A stretch of 63,975 nt of DNA, counting the filler, from Caldilineae bacterium (GTDB lineage: Bacteria > Chloroflexota > Anaerolineae > DTLA01): assembly GCA_037446815.1 (NCBI GenBank). It is 8 parts of 8 records of this genome, joined end to end, with 100 filler letters (N's around TTAATTAATTAA, not from the genome) between each part and the next. Parts side by side here need not be neighbours in the genome. Positions count along the whole stretch, not along the records: positions 1 to 8,695 come from JBBIHX010000129.1; positions 8,796 to 17,273 come from JBBIHX010000130.1; positions 17,374 to 25,468 come from JBBIHX010000134.1; 5 more parts are not named here. One strand, 5' to 3'. How positions within the stretch are numbered: position 1 is the stretch's first letter; each line of letters begins with the position of its first letter. The notes under the pieces were generated by a model that saw only the letters and a program-made list of their open reading frames with translations, was not told the origin of the DNA and did not search any database. Positions 8,260 to 19,332 of the stretch are shown in pieces. Both the position numbers and the translations under genes were made by a program.

Positions 8260-8619
8260 ATGGCAAACTGGCAATCCCTCGGCCCGGCGGACTTGCTATC
8301 TGACGGGGAGATGAAAGAAGTCAAGGCTGGCGATGCCGTCATCCTTCTCGCGCGCGTGGACGGCACCTACTACGCCGCACAGGGCCTTTGCCCTCACATG
8401 CGGGCCCACCTGGCGCGCGGCACACTGAGCCGATTTGAGGTAACGTGTCCCGCGCACGGGTCGCGGTTTGACATCCGCGACGGGAGCGCCGTTGCGTGGG
8501 TCGCCAGCCTGCCCGGAATCGCCCAGAAGGCCGCGCGCCTCTTCGCCAAGCCTGAGGGCCTGCGCACATACCCAACCCGCATCCAGGACGGCCAGGTCTG
8601 GATCGCTATCGCCGACTAA
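8260..8619 (+). CDS. Rieske-type [2Fe-2S] ferredoxin
   Basis: CPH...CPAHGSRFD; RBS GGAGG. Confidence 0.9.
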   Translation: MANWQSLGPADLLSDGEMKEVKAGDAVILLARVDGTYYAAQGLCPHMRAHLARGTLSRFEVTCPAHGSRFDIRDGSAVAWVASLPGIAQKAARLFAKPEGLRTYPTRIQDGQVWIAIAD

Positions 8620-8695
8620 CGCGCCTGCCCTGGCGCATGGCGCCCGCCGCAATCAGCGCCCCGATGCCCAACCCGACCGCGCCGACCAGGGGAAG

Positions 8696-8795
8696 NNNNN
8701 NNNNNNNNNNNNNNNNNNNNNNNNNNNNNNNNNNNNNNNTTAATTAATTAANNNNNNNNNNNNNNNNNNNNNNNNNNNNNNNNNNNNNNNNNNNN
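8696..8795. other. Artificial contig spacer (also 17274-17373, 25469-25568, 33326-33425, 41141-41240, 48877-48976, 56599-56698; plain N gap 39252-39351)
   Basis: N runs containing TTAATTAATTAA, a six-frame stop linker. Confidence 0.98.
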
Positions 8796-8897
8796 GGGTG
8801 AGGGCGCCGCTCCCTCTCCCGCTGCGAGAGGGCCGAGGTGAGGGCGCCGCCCGCGTCCTCGCAATGACGGTTTGCCAACAGACTTCGGAACCGACCT
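8796..8897 (-). mobile_element. Partial MITE (left end, reverse orientation)
   Basis: CTCGCAATGAC...CCAACAGACTTCGGAACCGACCT. Confidence 0.75.
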
Positions 8898-8912
8898 GTA
8901 TTCGTCGCCCTT

Positions 8913-8941
8913 TTTACAACGCGCCCCTCATTTGCTACAAT
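8913..8941 (+). promoter_or_regulatory. Sigma70-type promoter TTTACA-17-TACAAT (extended TG)
   Basis: Upstream of the xdh-type operon. Confidence 0.7.
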
Positions 8942-8982
8942 AGCCACAAACGGCAGCACGTTCATGAAAGGATGGGCAAGCC

Positions 8983-9855
8983 ATGTGGGAAGAATACCTC
9001 TTTGCCAACTCCGTGGAGCACGCGCTGCAACTGCTAGCCCACTACAAGGGCCGAGCGCAAATCATCGCAGGCGGCACCGACCTGGTGCTCCAGAGCCAGC
9101 GCGGAGAATGCCCCGCAACCGTGATGGTGGACATCACCCGTATCCCCGGTCTGGGCCTTATTGATGAGCGCGACGGGTACATCTTCGCCGGCGCGCAAGT
9201 TACGCACGCACAAATCGCCGCATCCCCCCTGATACGGGCGAAAGCGCCCATTCTCGCCATGGCGTGCTCGCAGGTCGGCGGGCCACAGACCCGCAACGCG
9301 GGCACCCTCGTCGGCAATGTCGTCAACGCCCAGCCCGCGGCAGACGGCGCCACGGCCCTGTTCGCGCTGGATGCCGAACTGGAAGTCGCCACGCTACAGG
9401 GCCGACGGTGGGAGCCGATTTCGCAAATCTATCGCGGCGTCGGCGTCTGCACCATCAACGCCTGCGAGGAGATGGTAATAGCCGTCCGCTTCAAGCCTCT
9501 GCGGGGCGCCTGCGGGTGCAGTTACCAGCGACTGGCCAGACGCAAGGCTCTCACGCTTCCGACGCTGGTCATCGCTGCGGTGCTGGAGATGCAGGGGGAC
9601 AACATCAGGGCAGCGCGGCTTGCCGTCGGGCCGGTCGCGCCCACACCCTACCGGGCCACCGACGCCGAGGCCTACCTCATCGGCAAGACGCCGGATGACG
9701 CGGTTTTCGCCGAGGCTGCCCAACTGGCCGCCGCCAAGGCCCGGCCACGCGACAGCCTCATACGCGGCTCCGCCGAGTACCGCACCGCCATGGTGGCCGT
9801 ACTGGTGCACCGCGCGCTGGCCGAAGCCGCGCAACAGTGCAGCGGGAGGCAGTAG
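8983..9855 (+). CDS. Xanthine dehydrogenase family FAD-binding subunit
   Basis: IIAGGTDL, VGGPQTRNAGTLVGN, RGSAEYR. Confidence 0.92.
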   Translation: MWEEYLFANSVEHALQLLAHYKGRAQIIAGGTDLVLQSQRGECPATVMVDITRIPGLGLIDERDGYIFAGAQVTHAQIAASPLIRAKAPILAMACSQVGGPQTRNAGTLVGNVVNAQPAADGATALFALDAELEVATLQGRRWEPISQIYRGVGVCTINACEEMVIAVRFKPLRGACGCSYQRLARRKALTLPTLVIAAVLEMQGDNIRAARLAVGPVAPTPYRATDAEAYLIGKTPDDAVFAEAAQLAAAKARPRDSLIRGSAEYRTAMVAVLVHRALAEAAQQCSGRQ

Positions 9856-9856
9856 G

Positions 9857-10336
9857 ATGCAAACGCTAGAGATGAACGTCAACGGCTCGGATGTTCGCCT
9901 GGACATCCACCCCGACGAGACCCTCGCCGAAGTCCTGCGCGACCGCCTGGGCCTCATCGGGACGAAGATCGCCTGCGGCGAGGGCGAATGCGGAGCCTGC
10001 ACGGTGCTCATTGACGGCGTCGCCGTTACCTCGTGCATCACGCCGGCCATGAAGGCCCACGGGCGCCGCGTCGTTACGATTGAGGGACTCTCCGGCGACA
10101 GGGAATTGCACACCATTCAACAGGCTTTCGTGGACAGTACGGCGTCGCAATGCGGATACTGCACCCCCGGGTTCGTCATGGCGACCAAGGCCCTGCTGGA
10201 TGCCAACCCCAACCCGTCGCGTGAGGACATCATGCGTGGCATCTCGGGCAACCTGTGCCGGTGCACCGGCTACTACCAAATCGTGGATGCCGTAGCCCTG
10301 GCCGCCAAACGGTTGGCGGAGGAGGAGCAACCATGA
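9857..10336 (+). CDS. Xanthine dehydrogenase family [2Fe-2S] subunit
   Basis: CGEGECGACT, QCGYCTPG, GNLCRCTGY. Confidence 0.95.
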   Translation: MQTLEMNVNGSDVRLDIHPDETLAEVLRDRLGLIGTKIACGEGECGACTVLIDGVAVTSCITPAMKAHGRRVVTIEGLSGDRELHTIQQAFVDSTASQCGYCTPGFVMATKALLDANPNPSREDIMRGISGNLCRCTGYYQIVDAVALAAKRLAEEEQP

Positions 10337-12549
10337 GCGACACAGTGGGAGCCGCCCCGACGCGGCTGGACATCGTGGCCAAGGTTAAGGGCACGCGCAA
10401 GTATCCACAGGATTTCAACATGGACGGGCAACTCTGGGCTGCGGTAGTATGGGCAGCGCACCCGCACGCCATCGTCCGGCGCATTGACACCTCGGCTGCC
10501 GAGGCGGTGGCCGGCGTCGTCCGCATCATCACCGCCAGGGACGTGCCCGTGAACAGTTACGGCATCTCCACCCCCGACCAGCCGGTCCTCGTGGGCGAGG
10601 GCACGAAGGTCCGCTGGGTAGGCGACCGCATCGCCATCGTGGTAGCCCAGGACCGTCGCACGGCGTACCGAGCGCGGGACTTGGTGCGTGTGGACTACGA
10701 GCCGCTGCCAGTCGTCTCGGACGTGTTCACCGCCATGCGGGAGGACGCCCCGCGCATCCACGAGAACCGCCCCAACAACATCCTGCACCACATCCCTATC
10801 CGCAAAGGCAACGTGGAGGAAGGCTTTGCGGAGGCAGATGTCATCGTAGAGGGCGAGATTGCCACGCCGTTCGTGGAGCACGCCTACATGCAGCCCGAAG
10901 CGGGCATCGGCTACATAGACGAGCAGGGCCGCGTTACGGTCATCGCGGCGGCGCAATGGCCCCACGACGACCTGCACCAGATCGCACGCATGCTCAACCT
11001 GCCGGAGGACCAGGTGCGCGAAATCGTCCCCGCCGTCGGGGGCGCCTTCGGCGGGCGCGAGGATATGTACATCCAGCACCTGCTGGCCCTGTGCGCGTTC
11101 GTAATGCGCCGCCCTGTCAAGATGGTGTGGGACCGCGAGGAGTCCATCACCCGCACCGGCAAACGCCACCCGTTCTACTTCCAGTATAAGGTCGGCGCCA
11201 AGCGCGACGGGACACTGACGGCAGCGCAGATTCGCCTCATCTCCGATGCGGGCGCGTATGCATCCACTTCGGTGCCGGTTCTGAACAACGCCGCCAGTTT
11301 CGCAGCAGGCCCGTACAAGTATCCCCATGCCCACATTGACGCCTATACAGTCTTCACCAACAACGCCGTTACCATGGCAATGCGCGGGTTCGGCGCCACC
11401 CAGCCGCCGGTCCTGTACGAGACCTTCATGGACCAGTTGGCGGAGAAACTGGGAATGGATCCGGTGGAACTGCGGTTGAAGAACCTTTTGGGCGATGGCG
11501 ACATCAGCGTTACCGGCAACGCCATGTGGGGCGGCGTGGGCATCAAGGAGACGCTGCGGCAGGCGGCCCTCGCCGCGGGCTGGCGCGAGGTCGCAGGCCA
11601 CTGGGTCAAGCCCGATCTCGGGCAGCCATCCGCCCCGTACAAAAGGCGCGGCATCGGCGTCGCCTGCGCCTACAAGAACGTGGGCTACTCCTTCGGCTTT
11701 GACGACAAGTCGGAAGCCGAGGTCATCCTGCGCCTCAAGTATGATGGCAGCATCGCCAGCGCCACGGTGAAGACCGCCGCGGTGGATGTGGGCCAGGGTG
11801 TAACGACCGCGTTGGCGCAGATTGCCGCGGCGACGCTCGGCATCCCGCTCTCCAGGGTACGCGTCGCCCTCATTGACACGAGTGACGTGCCAAATGCAGG
11901 GAGTTCCTCCGCCTCGCGCCACACGTATATCACCGGCAACGCCGTGCAGGGAGCCTGCAAGGCCGCCCTTGAGAACCGCGACCGCATCCTGCGCGAGGAG
12001 ACCGGCGAGACCGTCGTCTCGGCGCGATACCTGTACCGCGGGCGGTCGCGCCGTCCAACCACGCCCTACGACCCCGTAACGGGCCAATGCAACCCGCACA
12101 TCTCGTACTCCTACGGCACCGAAATCGCGCTGGTAGAAGTGGACACGGAGACCGGCGAAACCGATGTGCTGAAGATGTGGGCCGCGCACGACGCGGGCAA
12201 GGTGGTCAACCCGGCCATGTATTTCGGCCAGGTCGCCGGCGGCGTCCACATGGGCGTGGGGTACGGCCTAACCGAGGAGTTCATCCTGCAAGAGGGCGTC
12301 CCGCGGACCCGCCGCTTCAGCGAGTACTTCATCCCCACCGTGCTGGATATGCCGAAGGAATTGGCCTCCGTGGCCGTGGAGGTGGAGGACCCCACAGGGC
12401 CGTTCGGCGCCAAGGGCCTGGGTGAGACGCCGACCCTGCCCACCGCGGCGGCCATCGCCAACGCCATCCACGACGCCACCGGGATCTGGCTCAAGCGGAT
12501 ACCGGCCACCAGCGAGGTCATTTGGCGGGCCATTCACGGCAAGACGTAG
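10333..12549 (+). CDS. Xanthine dehydrogenase family molybdopterin-binding subunit
   Basis: GGAFGGR, AMRGFG, DVGQG, SSASR, AKGLGE; ATGA overlap with previous gene. Confidence 0.95.
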   Translation: MSDTVGAAPTRLDIVAKVKGTRKYPQDFNMDGQLWAAVVWAAHPHAIVRRIDTSAAEAVAGVVRIITARDVPVNSYGISTPDQPVLVGEGTKVRWVGDRIAIVVAQDRRTAYRARDLVRVDYEPLPVVSDVFTAMREDAPRIHENRPNNILHHIPIRKGNVEEGFAEADVIVEGEIATPFVEHAYMQPEAGIGYIDEQGRVTVIAAAQWPHDDLHQIARMLNLPEDQVREIVPAVGGAFGGREDMYIQHLLALCAFVMRRPVKMVWDREESITRTGKRHPFYFQYKVGAKRDGTLTAAQIRLISDAGAYASTSVPVLNNAASFAAGPYKYPHAHIDAYTVFTNNAVTMAMRGFGATQPPVLYETFMDQLAEKLGMDPVELRLKNLLGDGDISVTGNAMWGGVGIKETLRQAALAAGWREVAGHWVKPDLGQPSAPYKRRGIGVACAYKNVGYSFGFDDKSEAEVILRLKYDGSIASATVKTAAVDVGQGVTTALAQIAAATLGIPLSRVRVALIDTSDVPNAGSSSASRHTYITGNAVQGACKAALENRDRILREETGETVVSARYLYRGRSRRPTTPYDPVTGQCNPHISYSYGTEIALVEVDTETGETDVLKMWAAHDAGKVVNPAMYFGQVAGGVHMGVGYGLTEEFILQEGVPRTRRFSEYFIPTVLDMPKELASVAVEVEDPTGPFGAKGLGETPTLPTAAAIANAIHDATGIWLKRIPATSEVIWRAIHGKT

Positions 12550-12778
12550 GGCCTGTGCGCGGCCTGGTGCAGCCGGGCGACGGTTCGCCCTTCGCCGTCC
12601 CTTGCGCCAGGCCCAGGGTGTTTGTTCTCCCGTCCGACGCGCCCCCGAAGGTGCGCCGCACGGGGATTCTCCCCGCCCGCAACGTCCAACGCCCCTCATT
12701 TGCGCCTGTCATGCGTCGTTTTCGGCATTGCATGACCGAATCCGGCGGTGCGAAAATTGCGCTCTTCCGCAGAAGTTG

Positions 12779-12805
12779 TGGTATAATAGAAACGCAAGAA
12801 ACGGA
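12779..12805 (+). promoter_or_regulatory. Extended -10 promoter (TG-n-TATAAT) followed by 9-bp direct repeats AGAAACGCA/AGAAACGGA
   Basis: Directly read upstream of the HTH_17-REC gene. Confidence 0.6.
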
Positions 12806-12867
12806 AAGCCCGCGACGCCGAGCGTGCATCGGCCAGACGTGGGCATTCATGCTTCAGGTGGGGGAAA

Positions 12868-13443
12868 TTGGCAAAGAGGGGCAATCTACTCAGTACCGGC
12901 GACGTAGCCGCAAGGGCAGGCGTAACCCGAACGACCGTGCTCCATTGGATCAAATCGGGGAAGTTGCGGCCTGCGCTCACCACGGCCGGTGGCCATTACC
13001 GCATCGCCGAGCCCGACCTCGCCCGCTTCCTGGCCGAGCGCCATGGCCCCGAAGAGCCCGGCGCCAGCAAGGTCATCCTCATCGTGGATGATGAGCCCGC
13101 GATTGTGGAAGTCGTGCTCCGTGTGCTTGAGCCGGCGTTCCCCGGGTGGCGAATAGAGACGGCGTCCGATGGCGTGGAGGCGGGCATGAAACTCCTGCGG
13201 TTCACGCCCGCCCTATTGGTGCTAGACCTCATGCTGCCCGGAATTGATGGATTTGAGGTCTGTCGGCTGGTGCGCAGCGACCCCCAACTGCGTAACACCG
13301 CCATCCTGTGCATCACCGGCTACAGGCACCCGGGCGTCTACGACCAGGCGATAGAGGCCGGCGCCGACGAGTGCCTGTTCAAGCCGTTGGATTCGAAAGC
13401 CCTCCGACAGAAGGCCCAGGAACTTGTCGCGCGCCCTCGCTAA
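12868..13443 (+). CDS. Excisionase-type HTH (HTH_17) fused to a response-regulator receiver
   Basis: LLSTGDVA..TVLHWIKSGKL..TAGGHYRI; IVDDE, LDLMLPGIDG, KP. Confidence 0.9.
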   Translation: MAKRGNLLSTGDVAARAGVTRTTVLHWIKSGKLRPALTTAGGHYRIAEPDLARFLAERHGPEEPGASKVILIVDDEPAIVEVVLRVLEPAFPGWRIETASDGVEAGMKLLRFTPALLVLDLMLPGIDGFEVCRLVRSDPQLRNTAILCITGYRHPGVYDQAIEAGADECLFKPLDSKALRQKAQELVARPR

Positions 13444-13466
13444 TCCCCGAAATCCCTGCGCCCATC

Positions 13467-13494
13467 TGTCACACTCTGGCCTCGTGCGGTGTTA
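13467..13494 (+). promoter_or_regulatory. Candidate autoregulatory ECF promoter TGTCAC-17-TGTTA
   Basis: ECF-like hexamer immediately upstream of the ECF sigma gene; inference. Confidence 0.35.
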
Positions 13495-13538
13495 GTAGAA
13501 TGAAAGCGCTGCACCCAAACCCGAAAGGTCAGGAGGCC

Positions 13539-14087
13539 ATGACAACCTCCGACGCGCTGCTCCTGGAACGTTGGCGGGGAGGCGACGAAACTGCGTTCGC
13601 CGACATCTTCTTGCAGCACTACGCTCCGCTTGTCCGTCTCCTGGCCACGCTGCTCGGGTCGGCAGCGGAGGCGGAGGACATCGCACAGGAGACGTTCTGG
13701 CGGCTGTATCGGCATCCCTTGCCCGCCGATCGGGAACACAATCTGGCCGGCTGGCTCATCCGAGTGGCAACGCGGCTCGGCTACAACGCCCTGCGAGAGC
13801 GAGCGCGGCGGGAGAAGCGCCAGGAGAAATGGATAGCGCAGGCGCCGTCGCCCGACAACCCGGAGGCAGAACTCATCGCCCAGGAAACGCGCCTGGCGGT
13901 GCAAGAGGCCCTCGCACGGTTGCCCTTCCGCCAAGCGCAAATCCTGTTTCTTCGGCACCAGGGCTATTCCTACGCCGAACTGGCGGAAATCGTGGGCGTG
14001 AAGCCATCATCGGTAGGCACCCTGCTGGCCCGAGCCGAGCGTGCCTTCGCCAAACACTACAAGGGCGACGCGCCCGGCCAGGGGTGA
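13539..14087 (+). CDS. ECF sigma-70 factor
   Basis: AEDIAQETF, GWLIRVA, YSYAELAEIVG..SVGTLLARA; RBS AGGAGG. Confidence 0.92.
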   Translation: MTTSDALLLERWRGGDETAFADIFLQHYAPLVRLLATLLGSAAEAEDIAQETFWRLYRHPLPADREHNLAGWLIRVATRLGYNALRERARREKRQEKWIAQAPSPDNPEAELIAQETRLAVQEALARLPFRQAQILFLRHQGYSYAELAEIVGVKPSSVGTLLARAERAFAKHYKGDAPGQG

Positions 14088-14109
14088 GTGTCAGGTCTGG
14101 GAGGTAGCG

Positions 14110-15249
14110 ATGCACATCCGTGAAGGGCAACTGCGCGCATATCTGGACGAGCAGATAGCGCCCGAGGCGAGGCACGCGGTGGAGGAACACCTGCGCGCGT
14201 GCTCCCGATGCCGCGAGCGCATGGAGGCGCTGGCCGCGCGCCGCGACCGTACAGCCGAGGCGCTGGCCAGCCTGCCCCCGCCGCAAGGCGCCGAGGCGAT
14301 ACATCCGCGCGCGGCCTTGGCGCGCTTCCGGCAGCAATTTGACATCCACGCACGCGAAGAAAGGAGAAAGGCTCTGATGAAGAAGCAAAGCAACCTGGGC
14401 CGATGGAGACCCGTATGGATCGGCCTTGCGGTGATGATCATCGTATCCCTGTTCATCTTCTACCCGCCCTTGCGCACCGCCGCATCCGACTTCCTCGGCG
14501 TGTTCCGCGTGCGCAAGTTCGTCGCCGTGCCTATCAACGTGTCGGCTCTGGAGAATCCAACCTTCACCAACCTCCTGGAGTCGGCGCTCTCGGAGCACGT
14601 TACGCCCGTCCGCGAACCTGGGCCCCCCGTCGCCGTGGCGTCTGTGGATGAGGCCACCGCCGCCATGGGCTTCGCCGTGCGGCTCCCCTCCGCCCTGCCC
14701 CAGGGCTATTCAGCCCAGCCCACCATGATGATTCAGGACGGGTTCGCGTTCCGCGCCCAGGTGGACATGGAATACGTGCGGGCAATCCGCGATGCCCTCG
14801 GCAGGAGCCATGTCCCCATCCCGCCGGGCCTGGACGGGGCCGTACTGGATGTACACGTACCCAAGATACTCGCCGCCGACTACCGCTCGGAGCGCAGCCC
14901 ACTCACCGTGGTGCAGGCAGTCTCGCCCGAGATTCAATTGCCGCCTAACCTGGACCTGCAGCAGATTGGCGAATTCGGGTTGCGCCTCGCCGGCATCCCC
15001 GAGGAGCAGGCCCGCGCCATGGCGGCAGCCATTGACTGGGCCAACACCCTCATCATCCCCGTGCCCCTCGGATACGCCTCTTACGAAGAGGTTTCGGTCG
15101 CGGGGACGCGAGGGGTTCTCATCGGCGAGAGCGCGCCCGATGGCGCGGGCCATCGGATGCTCGTGTTTGAGAAAGACGGCATCGTGTACGGATTGCAGGG
15201 CGTCCTGCCCGCTCACGAATTGTTGGCCGCCGCCGAGTCCATGTTCTAG
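14110..15249 (+). CDS. Zinc-finger (HxxxCxxC) membrane anti-sigma factor
   Basis: EEHLRACSRC, single TM, extracytoplasmic domain. Confidence 0.85.
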   Translation: MHIREGQLRAYLDEQIAPEARHAVEEHLRACSRCRERMEALAARRDRTAEALASLPPPQGAEAIHPRAALARFRQQFDIHAREERRKALMKKQSNLGRWRPVWIGLAVMIIVSLFIFYPPLRTAASDFLGVFRVRKFVAVPINVSALENPTFTNLLESALSEHVTPVREPGPPVAVASVDEATAAMGFAVRLPSALPQGYSAQPTMMIQDGFAFRAQVDMEYVRAIRDALGRSHVPIPPGLDGAVLDVHVPKILAADYRSERSPLTVVQAVSPEIQLPPNLDLQQIGEFGLRLAGIPEEQARAMAAAIDWANTLIIPVPLGYASYEEVSVAGTRGVLIGESAPDGAGHRMLVFEKDGIVYGLQGVLPAHELLAAAESMF

Positions 15250-15347
15250 ACCACCTGCCGAGTCGGTCGCCAGCGCGGGGCGGCGCGAGAATTCGCTGCG
15301 TCGCCCCGCGTTTTGGCAATCCAAGCCCCCTATGCTACACTGATGGC

Positions 15348-16267
<920 letters not shown>

Positions 16268-16271
<4 letters not shown>

Positions 16272-17104
16272 GCCGTATCCTGCTCATTGCACGCTTGACG
16301 TTTCACGAAGCGCGCCGCCGCAAGATCATGTGGGCGGCCATTCTCTTGGGCCTGGCATTCCTCGTCATCTACGCGCTGGGCATGTACTTCCTTCGGGGCG
16401 AAATCACCCGAGGCATGCAGCAATATCCAGAAGGGGCGATGACGGGTTTGAACATGCTGGTCCTGATGGCGCTGTATGCCGTGAATTTCCTCATCATCGT
16501 GATGACTGTCCTGACATCGGTCGACACCATCGCGGGCGAAGTCGCCTCGGGGGCTATCCACGCCATCGCCACCAAGCCCATCCGTCGCGCCGAGATCCTC
16601 CTCGGCAAGTGGCTGGGCTTCGCCGTTATGCTCGTCCTGTACGCGGCCCTGATGATTGGCGGGGTCGTCCTAATCGTCCGCCTCCTCGTCGGTTACACGC
16701 CCCCCAATATCCTACGGGGCAGCCTGTTGATGCTACTGGAAGGGTTCGTCGTGTTGCACCTGTCGCTCCTCGGCGGCACGTTCCTGTCCACGCTGGCCAA
16801 CGGCGTCTTCGTGCTGGGCCTGTTCGGCGTGGCGTTTATCGGCGGGTGGATGGAGGAATTCGGCGGCATGCTCCAGAACGAAACCGTGGTGAACATCGGC
16901 ATACTGACCAGCCTCATCATGCCGTCCGAAGCCCTCTGGCGGTGGGCGGCGTACCTGATGCAGCCCCCTCTTCTGCGCTCGTTCATGGCCAGTCCCTTCG
17001 GCAGCAACTCGCAACCCAGCGTCGTCATGATCGCTTACACCTTCGCGTACATCATCGCGGCGCTGGCCATCGCCATACGCAACTTCGCGCGCAAGGATTT
17101 GTAA
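16268..17104 (+). CDS. ABC-2 type exporter permease
   Basis: About 6 TM; KPIRRAEILLGK; C-terminal FARKDL; ATGA overlap. Confidence 0.9.
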
Positions 17105-17141
17105 CGCCTCTCGGCGTGCCCCCTGTCCTGCCGACGAGCAT

Positions 17142-17273
17142 GACACGGCTCCAAAGTCTGTTGGTATTTGTCATTGCGAGGGCGCGGAGCGCCCGAAGCA
17201 ATCTCCGGGGCGTGAGATTGCTTCGCTTCGCTCGCAATGACACACGAAGAGAGTGTACATGCGGTTCACCAAC
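17142..17273 (+). mobile_element. MITE copy truncated by contig end
   Basis: GACACGGCTCCAAAGTCTGTTGG...GTCATTGCGAG cargo. Confidence 0.85.
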
Positions 17274-17444
17274 NNNNNNNNNNNNNNNNNNNNNNNNNNN
17301 NNNNNNNNNNNNNNNNNTTAATTAATTAANNNNNNNNNNNNNNNNNNNNNNNNNNNNNNNNNNNNNNNNNNNNCGAAGGCGAAGCATCTCGGGCATGAGA
17401 TTCTTCGCGGCTTCGCCGCTCAGAATGACGGGAGCAACCGAATC

Positions 17445-17473
17445 TTGACAGGCGGCCGGCGGCGCGCGATAAT
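17445..17473 (+). promoter_or_regulatory. Sigma70-type promoter TTGACA-17-GATAAT
   Basis: Upstream of the DMT gene. Confidence 0.65.
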
Positions 17474-17502
17474 GGCAGCCACTCCGCATGGAGGGTATGC
17501 CC

Positions 17503-18417
17503 ATGACTCAGTCCCGATCGCGCATCGGGCCGCCGCTCCACATCGCACTGGCCGAGTCGCTGGTGGTGGTGTGGGTCTGGGGCTCCTCGTTCGTGCTTGT
17601 GAAGGCGGGCCTTCGGTACGCGGGGCCGCTGACGCTGGCTGCCCTTCGGTACACGGCCGCGTTTCTGATTCTACTCCCGTTCGCGCTGCGCCGCAACACG
17701 CGCCCCCGGTCGCGGGGGATTTGGGCGCGCCTGGCGCTCATCGGCCTGTGCGCCTACACCATCGGCAACGGCTGCCTGTTCTGGGGGTTGCAGTACCTGC
17801 CGTCTACAACGAGTTCGTTCTTGATGAGCCTGGTGCCGCTGCTGGTGCTGGCGATGAGCATCCCGTGGCTGCGGGAGTATCCGACCCCCGCGCAGTGGGC
17901 GGGGCTCGTCATCTGCCTGGCGGGGTGCGGCATCTTCTTCGCGCCCGGGCTGAGGGCGGGTGAGCCGCTGGGATTGGCGGTTACAGGCTTGGGACTGGTG
18001 GCGTTCGCGGCGTTCGGGATACTGGGCCGAGGGGTGGCCCGCGATGGATCCGCGGGGACACTGGCGCTGACGGCATTCCCGCTGGGGTTCGGCGGCGTGG
18101 CCCTGTTGGCGCTTGCGCTGGCCGTGGAAGGCCCCCCGCGGCTGGAGGCCCCCGGCATCGGGATCATCCTCTGGCTGGCGCTCATCAACACGGCGTTGGC
18201 GTATCTCCTGTACAATCATGCGCTGCAGACACTGACGGCGCTGGAGATGAACCTGGTGCTCAACCTGTCGCCGTTCGCCACGGCGCTCATTGCGGCGTTC
18301 GCGCTGAGCGAGGTGCTGACGCCGATCCAGTACGTCGGGATGATCGTAGCGACGTTGGGCGTGGCGCTGGCGCAGTGGCAGCGGAAGGCGGAACCCGCGC
18401 CACCCGAAGTGGCGTAG
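17503..18417 (+). CDS. DMT/EamA family transporter
   Basis: WGSSF..K.GL...GPLTLAALR, about 10 TM; start chosen by RBS (alternative 17488). Confidence 0.9.
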   Translation: MTQSRSRIGPPLHIALAESLVVVWVWGSSFVLVKAGLRYAGPLTLAALRYTAAFLILLPFALRRNTRPRSRGIWARLALIGLCAYTIGNGCLFWGLQYLPSTTSSFLMSLVPLLVLAMSIPWLREYPTPAQWAGLVICLAGCGIFFAPGLRAGEPLGLAVTGLGLVAFAAFGILGRGVARDGSAGTLALTAFPLGFGGVALLALALAVEGPPRLEAPGIGIILWLALINTALAYLLYNHALQTLTALEMNLVLNLSPFATALIAAFALSEVLTPIQYVGMIVATLGVALAQWQRKAEPAPPEVA

Positions 18418-18423
18418 TCGCGC

Positions 18424-19305
18424 TCACTTGGCCGGCGTCAGGGCGGCTCGCGCCCAAACGCCCTTGTGGTCCGAAATCTCCGCGCCGCCGAAGGTGTCCG
18501 AGTCCACGATCGCCCAATGTGTTGTGTCGCCGTCCACCAGGAAGATGTAGTCAATCCGCTTGCCCGAATCCAGGCTTGTGGCGCCCGGCGCGTCGGGGCG
18601 GGCCTCGCGGAAGGCGTCGTGCCAATGCGCGGGCAGGTCCCGAATCTGAGGCGAGTCCTCGTGGGCGTTGAAGTCGCCCGCCACGATGGCAGGCAGGCCG
18701 TGCCTTTCGCGCTCTACCACGTCCACCAGCGAGCGGATTTGCGCGGCGTTGATTGGGCCCGGCTTGTTGGTGATGTGGGTGCTGAAGATGACGATGGGCC
18801 CGGCTTCGGTGTCCAGCGTGGCCCACACGACCAGTCGGTGCTCAAAGAAGCCGGCGCGCGGGGACAGTTCGCGGCGCGTTTGGCCGCGCGGATGGCCACG
18901 AGCGAGGACGGCTTCGCCCTCCTCAAAGCGGATGAGAGCGCGGCTGCCGTTGGCGCGGGCATACACGCCGGCCATGCCGAGGGCCTGGGCGAGCACCTGC
19001 GCGGCGTGGGGGACCCGCGGCGTGCGCGACGCCTCTTGCAGGCAAACCACGTCGGGCGAGAGGCCGCGGAGCGCCGAGACCGCGGCTTGGAGGCGCTCGG
19101 GCTGGCGGGTGTAGTTCGGATAGTCATGCCAGAGGTTGAGGGTCGCGACGGTGAGGGTTGCCGGGATGACGTCATCCGCGGGCGCGCCGATGGGGGTGGG
19201 CGGCCCGGGTCGGCTGGCGTTCAGGATGAATGCGGCGGCTGCGGCCAGCGTGAGGCCCGCGGCCAGGAGGAGCCACGTGCGAGCGCGTGTCTTTCGGTGG
19301 CGCAT
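18424..19305 (-). CDS. Exported endonuclease/exonuclease/phosphatase (EEP) family protein
   Basis: TLNLW, CLQE, STH, GDFN, RIDYIF, SDH; N-terminal signal/TM. Confidence 0.9.
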   Translation of the reverse strand: MRHRKTRARTWLLLAAGLTLAAAAAFILNASRPGPPTPIGAPADDVIPATLTVATLNLWHDYPNYTRQPERLQAAVSALRGLSPDVVCLQEASRTPRVPHAAQVLAQALGMAGVYARANGSRALIRFEEGEAVLARGHPRGQTRRELSPRAGFFEHRLVVWATLDTEAGPIVIFSTHITNKPGPINAAQIRSLVDVVERERHGLPAIVAGDFNAHEDSPQIRDLPAHWHDAFREARPDAPGATSLDSGKRIDYIFLVDGDTTHWAIVDSDTFGGAEISDHKGVWARAALTPAK

Positions 19306-19332
19306 GGCTGCGTCCAGGCGACCTGTGCGCCC

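Noticed and set aside
8740..8752. Recurring TTAATTAATTAA inside N runs
   Set aside because: Artificial six-frame-stop linker between contigs; cross-gap neighbourhoods such as xdh with ygfK cannot be interpreted
10273..12249. Long antisense ORFs (also 20037-21932, 54174-56048)
   Set aside because: Shadow frames of high-GC genes with no recognisable motifs
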